From Squalus acanthias (Eukaryota), in assembly GCA_030390025.1 (NCBI GenBank), contig CM059433.1, positions 17,114,001 to 17,178,000 on the forward strand: a stretch of 64,000 nt of DNA, given 5' to 3'. Position 1 is the stretch's first letter. Each line of letters begins with the position of its first letter. Positions 1 through 9,605 of this stretch are shown here, one piece after another. The notes under the pieces are model-generated. The model saw only the letters and a list, made by a program, of their open reading frames with translations, did no database searches and was not told where the DNA came from. The position numbers and the translations under genes are program-made.

Positions 1-352
1 AGAGGAGAAAGAGAACAAACTTCCTTCTATGCTGTAAATTTCTCAACTAAACTGAAGTTGATGCAAAGTCTGGCCTATATAATTTTAGCACAGAACTGAG
101 CAAACATACCATTGATAATTGAACCAACTGGTGTTTCCACTTACTTCAACTTTTGTTGGCATATATGGCAAGAAAGATCCTCCTTTCTCACTATGTTCAT
201 AATATGTGGATCTGGGCCTAAAAGTTTACATGGCATCAGGACATTAAACATATACCAGTTCCAGATCTATTGGTCACTATTCAATCCATGCACTTGTTCC
301 AATTTGGTGCTCTGTTCAAGCAAAGTAGCTTAGTTTATTCCCTACCTGACTC

Positions 353-1302
353 ATAAGAACATAAGAAATAGGAGCAGGAGGAGGCCATTTGGCCGTTCGA
401 GCCTGCTCCACCATTCAATAAGATCATGGCTGATCTACCTCAACTGCACTTTCCTGCACTATTCCCATATCCCTTGATTCCCTTAATATCCAAAAATCTA
501 TTGATCTCTGTCTTGAATATACTCAACGACTGAGCCTCCACAGCCCTCTGGGGTAGAGAATTCCAAAGATTTACCACCCTCTGAGTGAAGACATTTCTCC
601 TCATCTCAGTCCTAAATGGCCTTATTCTGAGACTGTGACCCCTGGTTCTAGACTCCCCAGCCAGGGCAAACATCCTCTCTGCATTTACCCTGTCAAGCCC
701 TGTAAGAATTTTGTATGTTTCAATGAGATCACCTCTCATTCTTCTAAACTCTGGAGAATATAGGCCTAGTCTACTCAATCTCTCCTCATAGGACAATCCC
801 CCCATCCCAGGAATCAGTCTGGTGAACCTTTGTTGCACTCCCTCTATGACAAGTATATCCTTCCTTAGGAAAGGAGACCAAAACTGTACACAATATTCCA
901 GGTGTGGTCTCACCAAGGCCCTATATAATTGCAGTAAGACGTCTTCACTCTTATATTCAAATCCTTTTGTAATAAAGGCCAACATACCATTTGCTTTCCT
1001 AATTGCTTGGTGTACCTGCATATTAACTTTAGCCATTCGTGTACAAGGACACCCAGGTCCCTCTGAACACTAACATTTCCCAATCTCTAACCATTTAAAA
1101 TAATATTTTGCTTTTCTATTTTTCCTACCAAAGTGGATAACTTCACATTTCTCCACATTATATTCCATTTGCCATGTTCTTGCCCACTCGCTTAACCTGT
1201 CTGTAGCCCCTTGCAGCCTCTTTGCATCTTCCTCACAACTTACATTCCCACCTAGCTTTGTATCATCAGCAAACTTGGATATATTACATTTGGCCCCCTC
1301 AT
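353..1302 (-). mobile_element. CR1 LINE, 3' fragment (RT C-terminus and 3' tail)
   Basis: ORFs 440..1036 and 1070..1420 carry KFADDTKLGG, LYRALVRPHLEYCVQFWSP, RRMRGDLIETYKIL and FTQRVVNLWNSLP. CATAAGAA tandem tail at 353-367. Confidence 0.95.
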
Positions 1303-2342
1303 CCCAGGCTCCCAAACCCAGAGGATGCCCGCCAAAGGCGTCTAAGCAGGTGCAGCATAGAAGTGAGTAAGGTGCCTCTACATCTGCTGAAGCCACAGGG
1401 GAAGCACCACGTAGAAGCACGCGTAAGAGAAAGTTAACTCAGAAATAGTCACAAGGGTAGTCAATTGGGTGTTTTGATCTCATACAAAGTAACGTTTGTC
1501 ATCGTGATTTTAAATGTAGCAAAGATTCAAAGAGTTGGCCTATGTGTGCTCAGAAATGGAAGTTACACAGTGAGGGGTCAGGGCACCTTTCATCTGTAAG
1601 GAGTGTCCACCCGCTCCTCTGGGCTCCAGGTGCTGGTGCAGTATTGTGCAGATGTCAGCGACTACCTCTCGCGAAAGTCTCAGCCTCCTTTGGCACTGCT
1701 GCTCACTGATGGTGAGGAAGTTCATCCTCTGCCTGTAAACCCTGTGTTGGGGGTATCTCCTGCAGCACGGTGCAGCCCTGCGCTGACGCCCTCTGCAGCA
1801 TCAGGAGGCTGAGGAGAAGGTTGGTGCTCCTGTTGTTGGTGCTGCTGTTGTGCCTGGTTCTGCTGCTGCCGCGGCTGCTGTTCCTCCGATTCTGAGGACC
1901 AGGATGAGAGGGTATAAATGGTTCCCATTCCGCTGCTATATATCTCAGTTGAGGAAAAGATGTTCTAAGCGCTCAGTCAATGTGGGGAGAAGGCTTTCCA
2001 AGGAGGTCACAGTGCATATGGATCTCAGCTTAAACACTTACAAGCTCAATAGACCTGCAAAATGTGTTCCAAAACCTCAAAACACAAAGTTCTGCCATCT
2101 GACAGTCAGCCATGTTGCTGGTCCACTTTTATGCTGCAGGAGCAGCTGTCAACAATTCAGCAAGTTGCTGACAAGCTGTTAACTGCCTTAAGTGCTTCTC
2201 CCGCCGTTTGGTGTCGGGTCTGATCGGGACTCGCAGACCCGACACTTTGCAAAGTTGCGTGGAGGTGGGATGGCAATCATTTGGATTTTTACTCCTGACC
2301 CGCCTCCAAACCCACCCTCTGAGCGCCGGCAAAATTGCGGCC
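1303..2342 (-). mobile_element. Internally deleted PIF/Harbinger DNA transposon relic
   Basis: Minus strand 1928-1600 encodes a transposase N-terminus (MNFLTISEQQCQRRLRLSREVVADIC) matching 36983-37250 (FSYLQLSEEQCIRRLRFTKEVVTELC). Plus strand ~1305-1446 encodes ASTSAEATGEAPRRSTRKRK, resembling the Myb-partner C-terminus at 49015-49130. Terminus GGCCGCAATTTTGC on the minus strand at 2342. Confidence 0.75.
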
Positions 2343-2354
2343 AAAGTGTTTGTT

Positions 2355-3520
2355 TAATTTCACTGCCATTTCCTTATTCCCCATTATAATTTCTCCTGTT
2401 TCAGCCTGTAAGGGACCCACGTTTACTTTCACGAATCTTTTCCTTTTTACATACCTATAGAAGCTTTTACAGTCTGTTTTTATGTCTCTTGCTAGTTTAC
2501 TCTTCTATTTTCCCATTATCAATTTCTTGGTCCTCCTTTGCTGAATTCTAAAATCCTCCCAATCCTCAGGCTTACTACTCCTTTTGGCAACATTATAGGC
2601 CCAGTTCCTTTAATTTAATACTATCTTTAATTTCTCTTGTTAGCCACGGGTCGACCATTTTTCCTGTGGTGTTTTTGTTCCTTAAGGGAATGTATATTTG
2701 TTGCGAATTATGAATTATTTCTTTAAATGTTTGCCATTGCATTTCTACTGTCATATCTTTTAATCTAGTTTCCCAACCTACCTTAGCCAACTCGGCTCTC
2801 ATACCTATGTCGTTTGTTTTGTTCAGATTTAGGACCCTAGTTTCGGACTTAACTAAATCACTCTCAAATGCAACATAAAATTCTATCATATTATGATCAC
2901 TGCTCCCCAGAGGCTCCTTTACTACAAGGTTATTAATTAACCCTGTCTCATTGCACAATACTAGATCTAAAATAGCCAATTCCCTAGTAGGTTCCTCGAC
3001 ATATTGATCTAGTAAACTATCTTGAATGCATTCCATGAACTCTTCCTCTGCACTATTACTGCAAATTTGGTTTGCCCAGTCTATATGAAAGTTAAAGTCC
3101 CCCATGATTACCGTATTACCCCTGGTACATGCATCTCTAATTTCCTGATTTATACTCTACCCGACACTACAACCACTGTTAGGAGGCCTATAAATACTCC
3201 CACTAGTGTTTTCTGCCCCTTGTTGTTTCTTAGCTCTACACAAACTGATTCTACATTTTGTTTTTCCGAGCCAAGATCTTTTCTCTCTACTGTCTTTATC
3301 CCCTCCTTTATTATCAGGGCTACCCCTCCTCCTTTTCCATTCTGCCTGTCTCTTCTAAAAGTTAAACATCCTGGAATATTTAGTTCCCAACCTCGGACAC
3401 TCTGCAACCACGTCTCTGTAATAGCTATTAAATCAAACACATTTATTTTTACCTGTGCTATTAATTCATCTATTTTGTTGTGAATGCTTCGTGCATTCAG
3501 ATATCGTACCTTTAGCTTTA
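2355..3520 (-). mobile_element. CR1 LINE ORF2 5' part (APE endonuclease and linker), degenerate
   Basis: ORFs 3150..3440 (IAITETWL, GGGVAL) and 2593..3105 (MGDFNFHIDW, LGSSDHNMIEF). Probably the same copy as 353-1302 with the mid-RT region lost. Confidence 0.9.
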
Positions 3521-3690
3521 ACTTTTTTCTATTTTCCCTGATGCCACTTTAGTCACTGGTGCCCTATTACCTTTATTAATCTCTCTCTCTGCTTATCTTT
3601 GCCCAGATCACTAATCTGTTCTACAGCCTTAACATTTCTCTTACTGCTTTTGAATTTACCCTTTTCTGAATCCTCCCACTCATATACAAT

Positions 3691-5440
3691 GGGCCATAAT
3701 TTGCTGTAGCAGGGCATGTAATGGCGTCTGCCATTAGTTAGACTTGCCCTTGCGCGTTTAGGTTTTCAAAGTTTTTGCATGGAAAGTTGCTGAAATTGTG
3801 AGGTGATAACGGTTCTGCGAGGGAAACAGGGCATCTGGGACCTGAGTAAACAGGGCAAGCAACTATCTAGACGAGGGAACTAGATGTAATATCTCCAAGT
3901 TTGCAGACGACACAAAGCGGGGTGGGCGTGTGTGCTGTGAGGAGGATGCAGAGAAACTCCAGTATGATTTGGACAGGTTGGGTGATTGGACAGATGCATG
4001 GCAGATGCAGTATAATGTGGATAAATGCGAGGTTATCCACTTTGGTGGCAAAAACAGGAAGACAGATTATTATCTGAATGGCAATAGATTGGGAAAAGGG
4101 GAAGTGTAACGAGATCTGGGAGTCCTTGTGCACCAATCGCTGAAGGTAAGCATTCAGGTGCAGCAGGCGGTTAAGAAGGCAAATGGTATGTTGGCCTTCG
4201 TAGCGAGAGGATTCGAGTACAGGAGCAAGGATGTCTTGCTGCAGTTGTACAAGGCCTTGGTGAGACCACACCTTGAGTATTGTGTGCAGTTTTGGTCGCC
4301 TTATCTGAGGAAGGATGTTCTTGCCATGGAGGGAGTGCAGCGAAGATTCACCAGACTGATACCTGGGATGGCAGGAATGACGTATGAAGAGAGATTGGGT
4401 CGATTAGGTTTATATTCGCTAGAGTTTAGAAGAATGAGAGGGGATCTCATTGAAACTTATAAAATTCTAACAGGACGAGACAGACTAGATGCAGGAAGGA
4501 TGTTCCCGATGGCGGGGGAGTCCAGAACCAGAGGTCACAGTCTAAAGATAAGGGGTAAGCCATTTAGGACTGAGATGAGGAGAAATTTCTTCACCCAGAG
4601 AGTGGTGAACCTGTGGAATTCTCTTTCACAGAAGGCAGTTGAGGCCAATTCATTAAATATATTCAAGAAGGAGATAGATATATTTCTTAAGGCTAAAGGG
4701 ATCAAGGGATATGGGGAGAAAGCAGGGACAGGGTACTGAATTTGGATGATCAGCCATGACCTCATTAAATGGCGGAGCAGGCTCGAGGGGCCGAATGGCC
4801 TACTCCTGCTCCTATCTTCTATGCTTCTATGCATCTGTGCATCAGATTGAAGGATTGTGAAATAAACAGCGCAAGGACTGAGAAGGGAGTGTAAATTAGA
4901 GTGGGCGAATTCAATGTCAAATCGGGAACAGAAAGATAAATAAAGAGAGGGGAAGAAAGATTGGATTAAGAGAGAGAGAAAAAAGCGACAGAAAGGAAAA
5001 ATAAAAATAAATTAAATTTAAAATTTAACATTTTATAAAATCTCCAACTCCAATTAATTCCTGGAGGAATGAGACTCCATACTTGTAATAGTTAATTTTC
5101 AGAGCCGGAGAGGTTGATTGGCAGTAATTAACTTATCACATCGTTAAAAGGGTACTTAGACTGAAATGGTCAAGACTTAACTTTCTGTGGCGAGTTTAGT
5201 TTGTATCTACCGCATAAGTACAGCAACTTCATGCCGTTCAATGCATTTCAATGGCGAGGCAGTCAGCAAGATGCCGTTCTCGCGAAGCTAACGCTGGAAC
5301 GGCACAACTCAGACAGCAACTTTTGGATATCTGTGTTTAACCGCACATCGGCCCCTCACCTGAAGTTGCTGTACCATTTATGCACAAATAACGGCAAGCG
5401 CCATTGGCTTAATGGTTATTTTCACAGCAAATTCTGATCC
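3691..5440. mobile_element. Non-autonomous DNA transposon (Harbinger-type MITE) interrupted by a CR1
   Basis: Imperfect 17-bp TIRs: GGGCCATAATTTGCTGT at 3691 versus reverse complement GGATCAGAATTTGCTGT at 5440. 3-bp AAT on both flanks. A related inverted copy starts at 63155. Confidence 0.75.
3864..4831 (+). mobile_element. CR1 LINE, 5'-truncated
   Basis: ORF 4128..4739 is the CR1 RT C-terminus; TTCTATG tail; same subfamily as the copies at 26944, 41922 and 58483. Confidence 0.95.
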
Positions 5441-5782
5441 AATAATCTTGCCTCTCTGAAGGCCTTGCATACATCTCAAAGAACAATTTTCCATGTTACA
5501 GACCAATGTTGAACTTGAAAAATCAAAAAGCTTTGCAATAGAGGGTTCAATATGGATTGGGTCAATTCAGTTGAAAGGCCCAGGGATTCAAGTGAGTGGT
5601 CAAAGATTGAGGTAGTGGCAACAGCTGTACCTGCCACTAAGTTTATTAGTGAGTTTACCACTTAAAAAATGCCAATAACAAAGGAACAGATGAAAGGAAT
5701 GTATAGTTCCATTGTATGGGGCTTTCCAACCACCACATGTGCAACAAGCCAATATATCTCTCTCAATACCACTGATTTATCC

Positions 5783-5890
5783 TCACTGTACCTGAAGAAG
5801 GAGCGGAGCTCCAAAAGCTCGTAATTTTAAATAAAACTGTTGGACTATAACCTGGTGTTGTGCGACTTCTCATTTTTGTCCACCCCAGTG
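5783..5890 (+). repeat. Short Penelope-type terminal-repeat fragment with degenerate hammerhead-like core
   Basis: Flanked by the 12-bp direct repeat ACTGATTTATCC (5771-5782, 5891-5902). Contains CTGAAGA-A-GGAGC-gga-GCTCC-AAAAG followed by AATAAA. Confidence 0.6.
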
Positions 5891-5989
5891 ACTGATTTAT
5901 CCAGTAATGATATAAGCTGAATTGAAGTGCTTTTTTCAGGAGGATGTGGAGAAAGAAAATAACAAACACTGAATAATTGCCATTTAGAT

Positions 5990-6725
5990 AGATGCTCGGT
6001 TCCCGCCACGGCGACGGCATGAGTGGGAACAGTTTCTATGGAAACGTGGTGGTTTGATGATGGAGTTGACGGGTGTTTGAGAGCCCGATCAATCCTGTGC
6101 ACGATGGCACTGCAGAATGTTTTCTGCCAAATCCGGATTAACAGCAGACAGACCCGGACCACGAAGTGGAGAGAAGGCAGCTTTGAAATGGTGAAAAAGG
6201 AGGTTCCACAAAGACATTCCAACTGAGCCACAATGTGAAGGTGATGCAAATCAGCCCCTGGATGAAGCAGTAGAGCCAACTCCTGCTGACTCTGCAGGAC
6301 AAGAGCAGCCTGATTCTCGATAAGGCTCCAAGCACCGACGCACAGCTCCTGAAGGAATACCTGGACCACCTGAGTCGGGAGAAATATCAGATAAGGATAA
6401 AATCACATCAAGGATTCCGCAACTTTGGAGGAATATCGGAAAACCGGGTTATGCTGAAGGAATCTGACTGAAAGCTGTCTAATACAGAGAACCAGACACC
6501 AACCAGCCAACCAGACAAGACGAGACTCCGACCCGATAAAACGCTGAGTAGCCCGGGGCCAAGCGACCCTGCAGCATAGGCCAAAAACTATGCAAGCCAG
6601 TGGTACCACAGGCAGCTGGGTGGGTACGGCGCTGACAGCGATCTCTCGCACTCTGCCCAGGACAGTCTGAGAACTGGAATGAGACAAGGAAGAGCATGCT
6701 TAGAGTTCAAGCTGATCAGCATAGG
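5990..6725 (+). pseudogene. USP37: Processed pseudogene of ubiquitin-specific peptidase 37 (5'UTR, N-terminal PH-like domain, part of linker)
   Basis: From ATG 6104: MALQNVFCQIRINSRQTRTTKWREGSFEMVKKE, frameshift, then GGSTKTFQLSHNVKVMQISPWMKQ*SQLLLTLQDKSSLILDKAPSTDAQLLKEYLD...KSHQGFRNFGGI...KESD*KLSNTENQ. Colinear with recalled USP37 (TKWKEGSFEIVEKE...GGIPRIFQLSHNIK...SRLMLTLQDNSFLSIDKVPSKDAE...SQGSGSFGAI). No introns; stops and a deletion present. Confidence 0.85.
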
Positions 6726-6926
6726 GCATGGACACGTTGCTTACAGCAATCTGCCTGAGCCTCGCTACAGCAGAGGGATGACCTTCGCTAGCTGGCCTAT
6801 TCTTGACCTTGACTGCTCTCGTGTTCCTAAGTTAACATATCTCCCTTACTCATTATTGTCCTTAATATTCAGATCCTTGTGGATAAGTACAATTACTCCC
6901 TTATCTTCTATCGAGCACAAAAATCT

Positions 6927-7311
6927 AGTGCAGTACTAAACGAGTGCTGCTCTGTCGGATTGCTGTCTTTCAGATGCGACATTAAACTGAGGCCTCATCA
7001 TCTCTCTCGGGTGTATGTAAAAGATCCCATGGTACTATTTCGAAGAAGAGCAGGGGAGTTATCCCTGGTATCCTGGCCAATATTTATCCCTCAATAAACA
7101 TCAGTAACACAGATTATCTGGTCATTATCACATTGCCGTTTGTGGGAGCTTGCTGTGTGCAAATTGGCTGCCGCGTTTCCTACATTACAACAGTGACTAC
7201 ATTTCAAAATGTACTTTATTGACTGTAAAGCGCTTTGGGACATCTTGTGGTCGTGAAAGGCACTATATAAATGCAAGTCTTTCTTTCTCTTCTCTCTCTT
7301 TCTCTCTCTCT
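6927..7311 (+). mobile_element. Deu-domain SINE (SacSINE1-like), 5'-truncated
   Basis: Colinear with the full copy at 56563-57027 (GTAAAAGATCCCATGG-ACTATTTCGAAGAAGAG...GATTATCTGGTCATTATCACATTGC...TATATAAATGCAAGTCTTTC). Confidence 0.85.
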
Positions 7312-8792
7312 ATTGGGCACCCAACAACATGTTTCGCTGGTTTGAATTTCAATTTACCTGTTTCCTTCGCACTTAAATGTGTCTTCTAACAATTCAATTT
7401 TTTTATATACCTTCAAAACGTATTCTTTATTGGACTGTTATGTCTTCTAAAATACCAGGAAGTAAACTGCCGTGGCCTACTAACCATTTCGATGCATGCA
7501 TCCTTGCCAACAATGGTCAAACCTATTTTCTGCATGTTACAGTATGATTAAACTGTCATCTTAACAACTAGTAAAAATGTATTCTTAACTTTCTAAATCT
7601 AAACAGGTTTCCATTGTGTTAACAAATGGTTAAGGATTAAAACAGTCTTGGGGACTTGGGTACAGCAAGTATTTAAACAGCTATGCCTTAAGGGAACATT
7701 AATACTGAGCTAATAGAGTTCATTTCAAAGTGGTAGCAGAGAAATTATATCAGTAGCTTTTGTTAGAAACTAGCTCACATCAATGTACAGACTAATGTGT
7801 GCAATATTTCTCCACCTAGTCATCACTCCTTCTTCACTACTATTCTTGGATAACCAACCCTCGCAAGACTGAAAGATCTTGCCAGCTCGAGCTTCCAGAT
7901 CTTTTTTAACTAAATTCAAATCATAATGCAACCCTAAGGGTCAGCTACTGGATTTCTTCTTCAGCTGCTACAATTGCAAGCAGTTTGTTGCAAAGACTTA
8001 AATGTCTCTGCGGAGTTTGTGTCTTTATCCTACAGATAATTGAAGCTAGGCCGGTTATAGCTTCCTATATTTATACTTAATGTCTTTTTTGTAGTATTAG
8101 CAGAGTCCTACCTTGCACAATGTAGATCTTCCGACCGTCCCACTTAAGCTGCACGATAACCCTGGTGGCGTTCAACATCTGTGCAAAACGCCATGATGTA
8201 ACCTTCTTCATATGTGACTCTCTTTTCTTTCTTTGACAATGTTTTCTCCCAGCCTACATCTTCCTGATTGGGATGGGGAGGTGGAGAGTATGAGGGGAAA
8301 CGAGAGTGCTGGGGAGTGAAACCAATTTTTCTGTTTATACTCGAGGGGAAAAAAATTAAAATCCTGTTGGACCTATTTTGGGATCCCAGATACCTGAAGG
8401 TTTTTTTTAATCCTTTTAAACATGTTTCAGAATCATTGATTATTGCTATTAGTTTGGTGTTCTTTGTGGAAGTTATTGCTTGGTGTTCTCTATAGCAGTC
8501 ACCTGCTTGGTGTTCTGTTTCACCAATCCAGTACATTAATGTCTGTTCTGAGGACTCTAACATTGGTTTGAAACAAGTTGAGCTGATCTGTAAGTAGGAC
8601 AATTTATGATTTAACTCTGCATTTTTGTAATTCAATCAGGGTGGCTACATCACCAGACTGCTCTGTTCTATGCATGTCAAGCGGGGATTCCTTTGGTCTG
8701 TTATGTGACTTGTAATACTAAAATCTGTAGATGTAATTTTGCTATCCTTCTGCACCCCAGAGATAAACAAACATCACTCTCTAACTCACTGT

Positions 8793-9605
8793 GGGGGCGA
8801 TTTTACCAGCCCTGGGGAGGCGGGACTGCCGGGAAAATGGCAGAATCTGGGGGCGGGTACCCATCCCGCCCCCAACCCGCCTCCATGCCATCTTCCCAGG
8901 AGGCGGGTACCCGACCCGCGCCGGGTCCCATCTCCTGGAGACGGGAAGGGGATTGCAGCCACTTAACTGCCTGTTAACAGGTAGTTAATAGGCAGTTAAG
9001 AGGATTATCCCCATTTTTCCATCAGAGGTGCGGGCTTCCCGACGTCGAGAAACCCCGCCAGGGTCACCGAGGTGAGCAGTGGGTCTGCGGGGGTCGGAGT
9101 GGTCCAAAAGTGCGATGTGGAGGTGAGTGATGGGTGCAAGTGTGGAGAGGTAAGTATGTGAGGTGAGTGAAAAGTGATAGAAAAAGTTTCCTTACCTTTG
9201 TTTCTTCCTGCAGGCTTCAATCGTTGGGGATGCGGAGACTCTCGCATCTCAATGGCAGAGATGACAGATGGCTGCTGCATTCTCCGATGCAACAGCCATC
9301 TGCTTTCTGCTCACAAAACAGGTTTGGTGAGCCTTGAGTACAAGAACTCACCAAACAACAGAGAATGTCAGTGTTTGACAGTTTCAAAGCTGTCAAACGA
9401 TGACAAGTCATCTGTCAAAAAATTTTGACAGATGAAACCTCATACGCTGACGTTCTCTGTAACCGGCTTCCCCTTAATTGGCCTGCTAAGCCCGCTGGGC
9501 GGGCTTAACAAGGTCAGTCAAGGGAAAATAGCGTGGGTTGGCCACAAGTCGATGGAGGCGGGACTAAAGTCCGACAAGCAGCAGTCCCGCCTCCAACGCG
9601 CCCCC
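8793..9605. mobile_element. MITE-like element with GC-rich inverted termini
   Basis: GGGGGCG...GGAGGCGGGACTGC (8793-8829) is inverted at GCAGTCCCGCCTCC...CGCCCCC (9581-9605). No TSD visible. Confidence 0.55.

Noticed and set aside
5845..6369. 174-aa minus-strand ORF
   Set aside because: Antisense shadow of the USP37 pseudogene running into the Penelope-type fragment.
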